Shown: positions 41,447 to 51,627, counted from the stretch's first letter. The stretch: 64,000 bases of DNA from an uncultured Gammaproteobacteria bacterium (GCA_964547855.1 CAZJPG010000002.1:41797-105796); one strand, 5' to 3'. Made by a program: numbers and translations. The notes: generated by a model not told the origin, from the sequence alone.

Positions 41447-41900
41447 TTTGCGAGTTACATTCGCTAAGCTCTTTGCAAAAACCACACCTTTCGGAAACGA
41501 GAGATTCGATTTTTTTGCCAGAATTCAAGGGGTTTATTATGCCGGCTTGAATTTCCGTCTAGCGCGCAAAATTGACGGAGTCTCTATAACCGTGCCCCTT
41601 TCTTCATTCGATGCATTTTATGTCGTTTGTCGAAAATTAGTCGCGGCGGGTCGTTTTTCTCTTTTCGAAAGGTGTTATATTTATCCGGGGTGGGAGATGA
41701 GTAGGCACGTGTGCCGCACGTTCCGTGTTGTCTGCATCTGTTGACGATTTTCACCTTCTTGGGGTTGGTGGTGATTGTTTGCACGAGCCGCTTGCTCCCA
41801 TTTCCGGCATTTTGTTCCTTTGATCCTTAAATTTTTCTTACGAATTTTCTTTCTTAAAAGAAAATTCAGCCTTGTTCCCATGGGACAAGGTTTTTTATTT
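41447..41900 (+). ncRNA. Candidate large structured non-coding RNA (unassigned family)
   Basis: Promoter, long-range stems 41484-41504/41656-41675 and 41685-41712/41781-41807, terminator 41868-41900, no convincing ORF. Confidence 0.55.
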
Positions 41901-42014
41901 TGTGCCCTTGCCAAATTTCCTTTTATTTGTTATCCTATTCTTAGGATGCCTTAAGGCGAGGCGTCTTTATTTTAGCCAAGTTGTAGATTATAATATAGTA
42001 GAACAATAGATAAT

Positions 42015-42087
42015 GCGCCCATAGCTCAGCTGGTAGAGCAGCTCCCTTTTAAGGAGAAGGTCACAGGTTCGAATCCTGTTGGGCGCA
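42015..42087 (+). tRNA. tRNA-Lys(TTT)
   Basis: Cloverleaf with acceptor gcgccca/tgggcgc, anticodon loop cTTTTaa (anticodon TTT), T-loop GTTCGAATC; CCA not encoded. Confidence 0.95.
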
Positions 42088-42106
42088 CAAAAGCAATTTG
42101 TAAAAG

Positions 42107-42285
42107 CAAGAGGGGTTAGTGATATTGCTTTTTTTATTTTGAGATTTTTGCCCCAACAGGATTCGAACGAAGGGGGTTGAAGGGGGAAGTATTCCCCCTT
42201 ACTCCGGGGAGGTGTTGGAGGGCGGAAGCCCTCCAAAGTGGGACACTTCGAATTCCTTTGGGCGCACAAAAGCAATTTGTAAAAG
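42107..42285. repeat. Palindromic element bounded by a duplicated tRNA-Lys 3' end
   Basis: 28-bp exact direct repeat 42079-42106 / 42258-42285; inverted tRNA 3' copy at 42152-42168; two internal hairpins. Confidence 0.8.
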
Positions 42286-42327
42286 AAAAAACCGGCCAGT
42301 GAGGCCGCTTTTGGTTTTACACGCTTC

Positions 42328-42399
42328 GCCGGCGTAGCTCAGTGGTAGAGCGGCTGTTTTGTAAACAGCGGGTCGGGGGTTCGAAACCCTTCGCCGGCT
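42328..42399 (+). tRNA. tRNA-Thr(TGT)
   Basis: Acceptor gccggcg/cgccggc, anticodon arm gctgt-ttTGTaa-acagc, GTTCGAAAC. Confidence 0.95.
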
Positions 42400-42447
42400 C
42401 ATTTTTCACTCATCAGTTATTTTTCTTTTGGAGGGGGTATTTTCGAC

Positions 42448-43722
42448 ATGAAAAAAGCAAAATTCAAGGTATACGCCCTTGGTTGCAAAGTAAATCAATA
42501 TGACGCCGGAAAACTCTCTTCCGGGTTATCGTCGGCTGGTTTTCAATATGTCGAATCCGATGCCGACTTCGCCATCATCTATAGCTGTGCCGTTACTGGA
42601 TCGGCAATAACCAAAAGTCGACAGGCGGTTAGAAAGGCTCAAAAGGAAAATCCTAAGGCTAAAATAATTTTGTCTGGCTGCTGGCCAAGGACATACCGAG
42701 ATGAAGCAGAGTCCTTAGAGGGGGTGGATTTAGTTTTAGCTAAGGCTGGCCCAAAAGAGGTTTTAATGGCGGCACGCGAGCTTTATGGTTTTGATTTCAA
42801 AGATTCCCGCGAAAGCTGCATAAGCCAAAATTCCAACAGGGGAGGACGCTACTTTATTAAGGTTCAAGATGGATGTGAGCAGTTTTGCTCTTATTGTGTT
42901 ATTCCTTACGCCCGCGGTCCTTTAACGAGTCGTCGTTCAGATGAAATAATGGAGGAGGCTAAGACGGCCGTGGCGGTCGGTTTTCCAGAGCTCGTCTTAT
43001 CGGGGATCCATCTCGGTCTTTATGGCGTCGAGCATGTCAAAAAAGACGATGCGGAGAGCGGAATGGAGCTGTACAAATTAATTGAACAGCTTTCTTCGAT
43101 CGATGGATTGAAAAGAATAAGGTTAAGTTCTATAGAGATCACGGAAGTTTCTGATAAATTAATATCTCTTTTTAAGAAGAACGAGAAGCTTTGCCATCAT
43201 CTTCATATACCATTGCAATCAGGTTGCGATAAGGTGCTAAAGAACATGAAAAGACCATATAATACGTCTTTTTTTGAGAAGCGCCTCAAGAAAATATTCA
43301 AGGCCGTCCCGGATATCGCCATCACTACCGATGTTATCGTTGGTTTTCCTGGGGAGACAGATGTTGATTTTTCTGTGACTGAATCATTTTGTTCTCGAGT
43401 TGGTTTTTCTCGTCTGCATGTTTTTCCGTTCTCTGCCCATCCTTTAACGCCGGCATTCTCTATGTCAGGAGCCGTAAAGGAGGAGAAGAAAAAAGAACGA
43501 GCGTCTAAATTAAGGAAATTGAGTTCGAAGTTGGAAAATCAATATCGCAGGAAATTCGTTGGTCGTGAAATGGAGGTCTTGGTAGAATCGTTCTCCAATA
43601 AAGAATTTAAGGGCATTACCAGCAATTATCTAGAGGTCTCATTTCCGGCAAGTTCTATAATATCCGCCAACAAAAATAAAAAGAATTTGATCGGTCAAAT
43701 GGTCTCGATCGTGATAAAGTGA
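42448..43722 (+). CDS. mtaB: tRNA t6A methylthiotransferase
   Basis: LGCKVNQYD, SCAVT, KVQDGCEQFCSYC, HVFPFS. Confidence 0.93.
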   Translation: MKKAKFKVYALGCKVNQYDAGKLSSGLSSAGFQYVESDADFAIIYSCAVTGSAITKSRQAVRKAQKENPKAKIILSGCWPRTYRDEAESLEGVDLVLAKAGPKEVLMAARELYGFDFKDSRESCISQNSNRGGRYFIKVQDGCEQFCSYCVIPYARGPLTSRRSDEIMEEAKTAVAVGFPELVLSGIHLGLYGVEHVKKDDAESGMELYKLIEQLSSIDGLKRIRLSSIEITEVSDKLISLFKKNEKLCHHLHIPLQSGCDKVLKNMKRPYNTSFFEKRLKKIFKAVPDIAITTDVIVGFPGETDVDFSVTESFCSRVGFSRLHVFPFSAHPLTPAFSMSGAVKEEKKKERASKLRKLSSKLENQYRRKFVGREMEVLVESFSNKEFKGITSNYLEVSFPASSIISANKNKKNLIGQMVSIVIK

Positions 43723-43766
43723 CTTGATAGTTTTCATGCTATAATAGAATAAGACATAACTTCTCT

Positions 43767-45191
43767 ATGAAAAAAATTGTCTTATTCTTTTTTATTTTAG
43801 CTTCTCTATTCCCGTCGGGGCAGATTTACGCTGCCTCGTCTTTATCTTCTCGTCTTTTGGGAAGGATATTGTTGCAAGTCGAATCGAAGGGCGAGGCTTG
43901 GTATGTTTCTCCTTCTGATTCGAAAAGGTATTTTTTGGGTCGCCCCAACGATGCCTTTAATCTAATGAGAAGCTTGGGTATTGGCATAACAAATTCCGAT
44001 CTATCAAAAATACCAGTGGGCATAGCGCCTTCTTCTGGCTCTCCTGATACGGACAAGGATGGTTTGCCCGATGATTTGGAAGTTTCTTTGGGAACTGATC
44101 CAACTAAGGCAGATACCGACGGTGATAGTTATAGCGACAAGGTCGAAGTTCTGGGTGGCTATAACCCCAAGGGAGTCGGTAAAATAAATATCGACAATTC
44201 TTTAGTGTCCAAAAACAAGGGCAAGATATTCCTTCAAGTTCAAGGCGCTGGTGAGGCTTGGTATGTCGATCCAGTTGGACTTAAGAGATATTTTCTTGGA
44301 CGACCAGCCGATGCTTTCGCAGTTATGCGTTCCCTTGGTCTTGGCATAACCGATCTTGATCTAGCTTCTATAGCTATAGGGTCTTTGTCTGGTGCTTCCC
44401 CTGAAAAAGATGTGCCATCTTCTGATAATGGGCTTCCCTTCGACACTTTAGTCATAGAGCAAAAGATACACGTTTTAGTGAATCAGCAAAGGACCTTGGC
44501 TGGCCTGCCGGCTTTAAAATGGAATGACGAGGTCGCTGCTGTGGCTAGGGAGCATAGCCAAGATCAAGCGAACGAGGATGAAAAATTAACCGACTTGAAT
44601 CGCATCTGTAATTATGCCGTCATACATCACGAGGGTTTAGTATTTGGTTTGATGCCGGCCGATCGTTTGAATAGTAGAGGAGTGAATTATTATTCTAAGG
44701 CTGGTGAGAACATTGCTTTAGTGGGGGCAGCGGAAGTCAATTATTTGGTCAATATGTCGACTTTCGATGAGAAGGTCTATGACACCTGTCAGGCTCAAGT
44801 GGAGGAGTGGAACGCAAGTCTTAAAGAGGATATGGAAAATATTACCTCGGAAAGCGAGAAGATCTCTCGCTTGAATCAGGATTTAGCGGCTCGCCGTACT
44901 GCCTTGCTCAATGCCGAGACTTTTCAAATATCCAGGATAGATTGGCAGACCGCCGATTCCATAGCACAGTCTTCGTTGACTGGCTGGATGAATAGTCCTG
45001 GTCATAGGGCTAATATTTTGGATCCTGACTATGACGAGGCTGGCATTGGTGTGGCCTATGTGAATGGTTATATTATCGCCACTCAGGTCTTTATTAAGCG
45101 AGCATCTTGCGGTTATGAAGGCGGTCCTTGTTGCGACAGGCACGCTTGTTATTTGCCGACTATTTGTCAGGCGGATGAAGTTTGTCGTTAA
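43767..45191 (+). CDS. Secreted protein: two GEAWY repeats, TSP3-like Ca-binding repeats, CAP domain
   Basis: DTDKDGLPDD.E...GTDP; AREHS, GENIA, WMNSPGHRANIL; Cys-rich tail. Confidence 0.9.
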   Translation: MKKIVLFFFILASLFPSGQIYAASSLSSRLLGRILLQVESKGEAWYVSPSDSKRYFLGRPNDAFNLMRSLGIGITNSDLSKIPVGIAPSSGSPDTDKDGLPDDLEVSLGTDPTKADTDGDSYSDKVEVLGGYNPKGVGKINIDNSLVSKNKGKIFLQVQGAGEAWYVDPVGLKRYFLGRPADAFAVMRSLGLGITDLDLASIAIGSLSGASPEKDVPSSDNGLPFDTLVIEQKIHVLVNQQRTLAGLPALKWNDEVAAVAREHSQDQANEDEKLTDLNRICNYAVIHHEGLVFGLMPADRLNSRGVNYYSKAGENIALVGAAEVNYLVNMSTFDEKVYDTCQAQVEEWNASLKEDMENITSESEKISRLNQDLAARRTALLNAETFQISRIDWQTADSIAQSSLTGWMNSPGHRANILDPDYDEAGIGVAYVNGYIIATQVFIKRASCGYEGGPCCDRHACYLPTICQADEVCR

Positions 45192-45244
45192 ATTGTTTTA
45201 ATATAAGCTAAAATAAGTAAAAACTAGAGAAAAGGGTTGTAATC

Positions 45245-45273
45245 TTGACAAAATATAAAAAAAATTATATAAT
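45245..45273 (+). promoter_or_regulatory. Consensus sigma70 promoter
   Basis: TTGACA-17 nt-TATAAT. Confidence 0.85.
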
Positions 45274-45306
45274 AAGGTGATAGAAAAAGATAAAGTTTTG
45301 TCTAAA

Positions 45307-47427
45307 ATGAAGTCAAATATAGCAAAATTTATCACCCTTCTCTGCTTGGCGTTTTTCTTTTTTCCATCACACTCAGCAAAGGCTGTGATCGGAAAGGCCA
45401 AGTCAGATTATCCCAGATTGGCCAATTATTATTTAAGTTGGGAAATTCCCAATACTGATATTAATGATTTGGCTCGCTGGGATCTTTTAGTCTTGGACAT
45501 GGAAGTCCAACACAATAGCTCTGGTAATTTCAATAAATTAAGAACTCTTAATCCGAACATTCTCCTCTTGGCTTATGTGTACTCTGAGGAAGTCACCTTA
45601 AGCCCAGATTCGCGTTATGGCGAACTACGCTATGATGTCTCGTCTGGTTTCGGAGATTCTTGGTGGCTGCGCGATCCTTCCGGTAATCGCTTGTCTTTTT
45701 GGTACTCGACCAACATGGTCAATATCACCGATGACGCCGGCACTTACAATGGCCAGCGCTGGAATGAGTATTTGCCGAAATTCGTCGGTGACAAAGTTTT
45801 TTCCAATGGCCGTTGGGATGGAGTTTTCTATGATAATATCTGGCCCAGCATATCCTGGTTCAATTCCGCCAATATCGATCTGAACTGTGATGGCAAAAAA
45901 GACTCCGCATCTTATTTGGATAGTAAATGGGTGGAAGGTAATAAAAAATTGTTGACCAACACTTTGAACGCTATCGGCTCCAATAATATTTTGATGGGTA
46001 ATAGTCATGGCTTCGAACCATACCAACCATATCTTAATGGTATTATGTTGGAGAGTTTTCCGGCCCCTTGGGAGAATGGCGGAACTTGGGCTGGCTCAAT
46101 GAAGTCATACACCAATACCAAGAATTTCCGTGAACCTAAGATCATGATCGTCAATGCCAATACTGACAATAAATGGGACATGGAAAATTATCGCAAGATG
46201 CGTTTTTCTTTGGGCTCGACTCTTTTGGGAGATGGCTATTTTTCTTTTGATTATGGCGTCAACGATCATTCCCAGACTTGGTGGTATGACGAATACGACA
46301 CCGAGTTAGGCAAGGCCATTGGTTCGCCGATAAATATTTTGGATAAGAATAATAAGACTTGGAAGAATGGCGTTTGGCGCCGCGACTTCGAGAATGGCAT
46401 AGTGGTGGTCAATTCGACTTCAGAGACGAAGAATTACGTCTTTACCGACGAAGCCTTCTCTAAGATCGACGGTCGTCAGGATCGTTTGACCAATAATGGT
46501 TCTAAGGTAAATATGATCTCCTTGCAACCTAACGACGCGGTCGTGTTGCTTGGGCATCCTAAGAGCGGTGGCGAGTCCGTATCCGACTCTCCGTCAGTTC
46601 CAGCGGCCGTAATGAAGATACAGGGCGAGACTTCTGTCGATCTAATAAAGAACAGTGCCTTCCAGAATGGTGCCTTTGTTCGTGTTTTTGGTGATTCAGG
46701 CAATCAAGTGAGGGATGGTTTCTTCTCTTATGGAGATAAATATCCGGCCGGAGCCCAGATCATCAATGCCGATATAGATGCTGATGGTAAAAATGAGACA
46801 TTGGTAAATAAAAGCGGCGTCATAACTATATACAAAGACGGAAGGACCATTAGAAGTTTTAAACCTTACGAAGGAAATTTTAAGGGAGATATATCAATAG
46901 CCGTCGCTGACCTTAATGGTGACGCCACGCAAGAGATAATCACTGGCGCCGGACAAGGCGGCGGACCTCATGTTCGCGTTTTCGATCAATACGGAAGTCC
47001 TCTTATCGGTGGATTCTTCGCTTATGACCGTAATTTCCGTGGTGGCGTCAATGTGGCGGTCATTGACCTTAATGGCGATGGCACCAAGGAAATAGTCACA
47101 GCCCCAGGAAAGGGCGGCGGACCACAGATCAGAGTCTTTACTAAGGATGGTCGTCCGTTGACCGGTGGATTCTTCGCTTATGACAAAAATTTCCGCGGCG
47201 GAGTTTCTTTGTCGGTTGGGAATGTCGATGGGCAGGGTGAAATGGAAATAATAACATCACCAGGAAGCGGTATGAGCCCGCAGGTTAAAATATTCACTAA
47301 GGACGGTCGCGAACTTAAAAGCTTTTATGCTTATGATCGCGATATGACTAATGGAGTCAAAGTTTCTGTGTCCGACGTAAATGGCGACGGCAAGGCTGAA
47401 ATAATGGCCGGTAGCGCCCAGTATTAA
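45307..47427 (+). CDS. Secreted putative glycoside hydrolase (TIM-barrel-like) with C-terminal FG-GAP/VCBS repeats
   Basis: WDGVFYDN, WWYDEY, GVWRRDFENG; repeated D.NGDG..EI.T..G.GGGP.VRVF. Confidence 0.8.
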   Translation: MKSNIAKFITLLCLAFFFFPSHSAKAVIGKAKSDYPRLANYYLSWEIPNTDINDLARWDLLVLDMEVQHNSSGNFNKLRTLNPNILLLAYVYSEEVTLSPDSRYGELRYDVSSGFGDSWWLRDPSGNRLSFWYSTNMVNITDDAGTYNGQRWNEYLPKFVGDKVFSNGRWDGVFYDNIWPSISWFNSANIDLNCDGKKDSASYLDSKWVEGNKKLLTNTLNAIGSNNILMGNSHGFEPYQPYLNGIMLESFPAPWENGGTWAGSMKSYTNTKNFREPKIMIVNANTDNKWDMENYRKMRFSLGSTLLGDGYFSFDYGVNDHSQTWWYDEYDTELGKAIGSPINILDKNNKTWKNGVWRRDFENGIVVVNSTSETKNYVFTDEAFSKIDGRQDRLTNNGSKVNMISLQPNDAVVLLGHPKSGGESVSDSPSVPAAVMKIQGETSVDLIKNSAFQNGAFVRVFGDSGNQVRDGFFSYGDKYPAGAQIINADIDADGKNETLVNKSGVITIYKDGRTIRSFKPYEGNFKGDISIAVADLNGDATQEIITGAGQGGGPHVRVFDQYGSPLIGGFFAYDRNFRGGVNVAVIDLNGDGTKEIVTAPGKGGGPQIRVFTKDGRPLTGGFFAYDKNFRGGVSLSVGNVDGQGEMEIITSPGSGMSPQVKIFTKDGRELKSFYAYDRDMTNGVKVSVSDVNGDGKAEIMAGSAQY

Positions 47428-47477
47428 TGAGGTTGGCCATTTAAGCCTTAAATTGTATAATATAATCAGACAAATAT

Positions 47478-49370
47478 ATGGAGAATGAAAAGAACCAACA
47501 AGGATCGAGCGAGCTTCGGCCAAATGATGTTCGCGAGCCAGAATCTGTGCTCGTGGAAAGAGAGAAGGATGAGGCCGTAGAGATCGGTAATGGCAAGCTA
47601 GACCTTCGCAAAGGAGGTAATATTGTCATTGGTACTATCAATGTCGTGGCCGATCCGGTCAAGAAACACCTCAAGGGTCGTCACGAGAGATTCTATAAAG
47701 AGAGACCGTTTCATCTTTGGGTCGACATTTTTTTCGTATTGGCCATTCTTGGGCTCTTTTCCTCTTTTTTGATAATTAGAAATTTACAGCCTAAGCCAGA
47801 AATAGCCATTGAGGCTACATTGCAAGGTGATTCGGCTATTTCCGGTGGTCTATCTACTTTTGAGATAAGCTATCGCAATAATGGTAAGACCGATGTTGAC
47901 AATGCTTCTTTGTCATTGACTTTCCCTAAGAATTTTCAGCTCGTTTCGGTGCAACCGGAAAGCGCATTCTCCGATCAGACCAATACTTTTTCCATTGGCG
48001 ATTTGCCGCGCGGAGCTAATGGCAAGGTTAAGATATCCGGGTCCATCATCGGATATTTGGGTGAGAATCAGTCTTTGACCTATTCTTTGAATTATTTGCT
48101 TAAGGGGAAGAAATATAACACTCTTGGGTCTTTGATGTATCCGATCGACTCTTCCGCTTTTTCAGTGGTATTGGATATGCCTGACAAGATATATAAGGGT
48201 ATAGATTTTGGTGGAAAGATCCAGCTTAAAAATAATGACAAGATCGATTTCAATGGTAATTTAGAGATATCTTTTAGCGACTCTTCAGCTAAATTCATTA
48301 GCGTGTCTGGACAAAGAGCTAATCTGATAAACGGAGTGGTCGTTTTGGATTCTTTGCGAGCTGGAGAAATAGCCGAGATCGAATTTCAAGCCTCGTCCGA
48401 TCTTTCGGAGAATGGAGATATCTCGATCGCGGCTTATGCCGATTTAGATGGAGTTAAAGCCAAGCAGACCTCTACCAGTAAAAAAGTTTCGGTGTTGGCA
48501 CCTAAATTCAAGACTGTGATCGAGACCGATAATAAATGGATGCGCGTTGGCGAGCCGGTCGTTTTTAAAGTGTCTTTGGAAAACGGTGAAAATATAACAG
48601 TCGATAATATAAGATTGGACTTTTCCGCCGCTGATAGCGCCTTCGTCTTGAAACAATTGGATTTACCGGAGGGCGATGGTTACACTGTGAAAGGTACGAC
48701 AGTCAATGTGTCTCCGCTTGAACCAGGTAAGAAGTTAGATATTGATTTAACCGCTGTCATGGAACGCAAGCGCATAGATTCGGAGCAAGACACCGGTCTA
48801 GTGGCCAACATTTCTTATCATGTCGGCGATGAGTCTCGTGATTATCGTATATATAGTCAGAAGATGAAGGTCCTGTCCGATTTGCAGGTGTCTTCTAGGG
48901 CCGTCTATTACAGCACTCAAGGCGATCAATTGGGCATCGGGCCATTACCTCCGGCCGTCGATATCCCGACTAGATATTGGGTATTCTGGGAGGCTGATAA
49001 TCTTGGCAATGACTTGAAGGACTTTATGATCTCGGCCGAGTTGCCAGCTAATGTTGGCTGGACCGAACAGAAGAGCTTGCTTTCTGGCAAGATACGCTAT
49101 GCTCCTATCGGGCATAAGGTCGTTTGGACCGTCGATGATATGAGTAAAGATGGAGGACAGTATCGTGCTGGCTTCGAGATCGAACTTATACCTAATAGCA
49201 ATGATTTAGGGACTGTTCCGGTAATATTAACAAATACCGAATATAGCGCTACTGATACCTACGCTGGTGCGGAGATATCAGGCAAACTCGACGACCTAAC
49301 CGCCGATCTTAAAGGCGATGACTTGGCTTCTGGTAAGGGTAAAGTCGTAAAGATAAACATAGTGAAATAG
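47478..49370 (+). CDS. Membrane-anchored Ig-like (DUF11-like) repeat protein
   Basis: One TM; ISYRNNG....NASL...P pattern; GPLPP.V...TRY.V.W motif. Confidence 0.75.
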   Translation: MENEKNQQGSSELRPNDVREPESVLVEREKDEAVEIGNGKLDLRKGGNIVIGTINVVADPVKKHLKGRHERFYKERPFHLWVDIFFVLAILGLFSSFLIIRNLQPKPEIAIEATLQGDSAISGGLSTFEISYRNNGKTDVDNASLSLTFPKNFQLVSVQPESAFSDQTNTFSIGDLPRGANGKVKISGSIIGYLGENQSLTYSLNYLLKGKKYNTLGSLMYPIDSSAFSVVLDMPDKIYKGIDFGGKIQLKNNDKIDFNGNLEISFSDSSAKFISVSGQRANLINGVVVLDSLRAGEIAEIEFQASSDLSENGDISIAAYADLDGVKAKQTSTSKKVSVLAPKFKTVIETDNKWMRVGEPVVFKVSLENGENITVDNIRLDFSAADSAFVLKQLDLPEGDGYTVKGTTVNVSPLEPGKKLDIDLTAVMERKRIDSEQDTGLVANISYHVGDESRDYRIYSQKMKVLSDLQVSSRAVYYSTQGDQLGIGPLPPAVDIPTRYWVFWEADNLGNDLKDFMISAELPANVGWTEQKSLLSGKIRYAPIGHKVVWTVDDMSKDGGQYRAGFEIELIPNSNDLGTVPVILTNTEYSATDTYAGAEISGKLDDLTADLKGDDLASGKGKVVKINIVK

Positions 49371-49415
49371 GTTTTCGCCATTGAAGTATACTGTGCAAAA
49401 AATTTGAACAACGAT

Positions 49416-50804
49416 ATGTCTAAAAATAAATTAAAAAGAAAAGATTCCGATAACGATGGTCTTTCTGATTGGGAGGAGATCAATATTTATGGTACCGACC
49501 CTTATGATAGCGATACCGACGATGATGGCATGGAAGACGGGGAAGAGGTGTTTTTAGGCAGAAACCCTAATGGCATCGGCACTCTAAGGGATCTTTTTAT
49601 TCCGTGTAAACAGAATGGTTATTCTCCGAAATCTTTGCACCCCAAGAGGTTGGCCTTTCATGCCTTCTCGGCTTTAGCTGTAAAGGCGATAATGATATTA
49701 TTCGTAGTTTCTTATCCTTTTACGGCTTGGCTGACTCCAGATATTGCCGTCGAGCAAAGTCGTAAGATAATATCTCTGACCAACGATCTTAGATCGGGTT
49801 TGTCTTTGTCGTCATTGACTGAAGATCAGAAGCTCGATCAGGCAGCCTATGCCAAGATCAAGGATATGTTCTTGTCGCAATATTTTGCTCACACCAACCC
49901 TTCCGGGAATGGACTGGATTTCTTTTTGGGTAAGGCTGGTTATGAATATTCCGTAGCCGGAGAGAATTTAGCCATGGGTTATTCGGACGCTAATGACGTT
50001 TTGAAGGCCTGGGAAGAGAGCCCATCGCATTACTCTAACTTAGTCGATAAGTATTTTACCAACATCGGAGTCGGTATGGCCGATGATATCTTCAATGGCA
50101 AAGAAACGGTTTTTATAGCCCAGTATTTTGGTCGGCCGACCAATGTTGCGGTCGCGCCGGTAAAGGACGTCGAACCAGTAAAAAAAGAAGTTAGCGTCGC
50201 CACTGTCTCTAAGACAGCTCCTGGAGCCGTTCTGGCCGCCGAGAGCGCGTCCAATGAGCAAATATTATCAGAACAGCCAACCCAGACACGACCGATTCCA
50301 GAAGCCAAAATAGAGGCTAAGGCCAAAATAGACCAGCCAGTCGGCAAGAAAGAAAGCGTGGTCAAAGTCGAGGCGGTCTTGCCGCCTGAGACTAAGGAGG
50401 CTACGGCCGTCATATCCAACAACCCCATAGACTTACAAAAAGTCGATGGTGAAAAATGGCAGGGGAGCGATATAGTCTATGATCTTGGGGAAAGACCAGA
50501 GGCCCCGGCAGTTTTATCTATAATATCCAAAGACGGAACCAAACAATTCTCCGACATTAAGGTTAGTGGATTAGTCGTTGGCAAGACATCACTTAAGCAG
50601 CAATATTCTCTTCTAATGGACAACCCTAATAAGGCGATAAAGACGGTGAAGAATCTTAGCTATATATATTTCAACTTGATCCTTTTGTTGGCTGCAGTAT
50701 CTTTGCTTTTGAATATATTGATAGAGATAAGAAAACAGCGCCCTCATCTAATAGCCTCCGGCGTTGGGTTCATCTTTTTGATCGTAACTTTAATGGCCTT
50801 ATAA
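49416..50804 (+). CDS. Membrane protein with TSP3-like repeats and CAP domain
   Basis: DSDNDGLSDWEE...GTDP; YFAH, AGENLA, WEESPSHYSN; two C-terminal TM segments. Confidence 0.85.
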   Translation: MSKNKLKRKDSDNDGLSDWEEINIYGTDPYDSDTDDDGMEDGEEVFLGRNPNGIGTLRDLFIPCKQNGYSPKSLHPKRLAFHAFSALAVKAIMILFVVSYPFTAWLTPDIAVEQSRKIISLTNDLRSGLSLSSLTEDQKLDQAAYAKIKDMFLSQYFAHTNPSGNGLDFFLGKAGYEYSVAGENLAMGYSDANDVLKAWEESPSHYSNLVDKYFTNIGVGMADDIFNGKETVFIAQYFGRPTNVAVAPVKDVEPVKKEVSVATVSKTAPGAVLAAESASNEQILSEQPTQTRPIPEAKIEAKAKIDQPVGKKESVVKVEAVLPPETKEATAVISNNPIDLQKVDGEKWQGSDIVYDLGERPEAPAVLSIISKDGTKQFSDIKVSGLVVGKTSLKQQYSLLMDNPNKAIKTVKNLSYIYFNLILLLAAVSLLLNILIEIRKQRPHLIASGVGFIFLIVTLMAL

Positions 50805-50823
50805 GCCTTTTAAAAAAAATAAT

Positions 50824-51192
50824 ATGAACATGGAAACATTGGCTGAAATGCCGGTCGTCGAAAACTCTTCCAACGAAGGGGAGGGTTATGAGGCTAAGAT
50901 CGCGAAACTCAAAGATTTTGAGATTAGCGGCGACATCGTCAATGATTATAATTCTTTGATGCTTATAGCCGACAAGAGCGGCGACAGTGTCATTTCTTTT
51001 CAGGCGGCCGAAGATGTTTTTAATCTTTTGACCGACAGAAAACAGGAATGGGATAAACAGATCAAAGAGTTGCAAAGCGGAGATAATTTCGAGTCGCCAG
51101 AAGTAGAGGTTTTGCTTTTACAGCTTGAGACCGCTAAAAGCCTGGTCGATCACTATTTAGACGTTCTCTATCCGCAAGACAATTCAAAATAA
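50824..51192 (+). CDS. Acidic hypothetical protein
   Basis: 122-aa ORF followed by a terminator (ataggct...ggcctatt). Confidence 0.7.
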   Translation: MNMETLAEMPVVENSSNEGEGYEAKIAKLKDFEISGDIVNDYNSLMLIADKSGDSVISFQAAEDVFNLLTDRKQEWDKQIKELQSGDNFESPEVEVLLLQLETAKSLVDHYLDVLYPQDNSK

Positions 51193-51311
51193 GCTAAAAC
51201 AAGATATTGAAAAATAGGCTTTCCGCAAGGGAGGCCTATTTTTTTGATAAGTATAAAAATAAAAAAGAGTCCAATATGCTTGGACCCTCTTTGATGAATG
51301 AACTTTATTCT

Positions 51312-51581
51312 TTATGCCGCCAACCTTTTGGTCAGCGAGGATTTTCTGCTGCCACTGTTCTTGGGAAGATTTTCTCTTCCCCATAAAGTGATCAGTTTGG
51401 CGCTGGGCGGTGCCGGGAAGTTGCCACTCATATCGTATTCCAGTACCGGACCGGTCAATGATTCGGCAAGTTCTTTATAGAAGTTGTAGAAACGGCTGAA
51501 TTTCCGAACACGCCTCACAAAAACATACTTTACTTTTTTTACCGTCTTTTTCTTTCCGGTAAGATCATCAAGTTTGAACAC
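51312..51581 (-). CDS. Small basic hypothetical protein
   Basis: GAGGAG SD before a GTG start. Confidence 0.55.
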   Translation of the reverse strand: MFKLDDLTGKKKTVKKVKYVFVRRVRKFSRFYNFYKELAESLTGPVLEYDMSGNFPAPPSAKLITLWGRENLPKNSGSRKSSLTKRLAA

Positions 51582-51627
51582 GTAATAGCTCCTCTCTGGG
51601 GATGTGATGTTTGAAATTAGCCAGCGG

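Noticed and set aside
41448-42402. Short ORFs 41448..41744, 41584..41784, 41681..41914, 41988..42275 and 42199..42402
   Set aside because: No motifs or SD sites; they overlap each other, the structured region or the tRNA genes in antisense.
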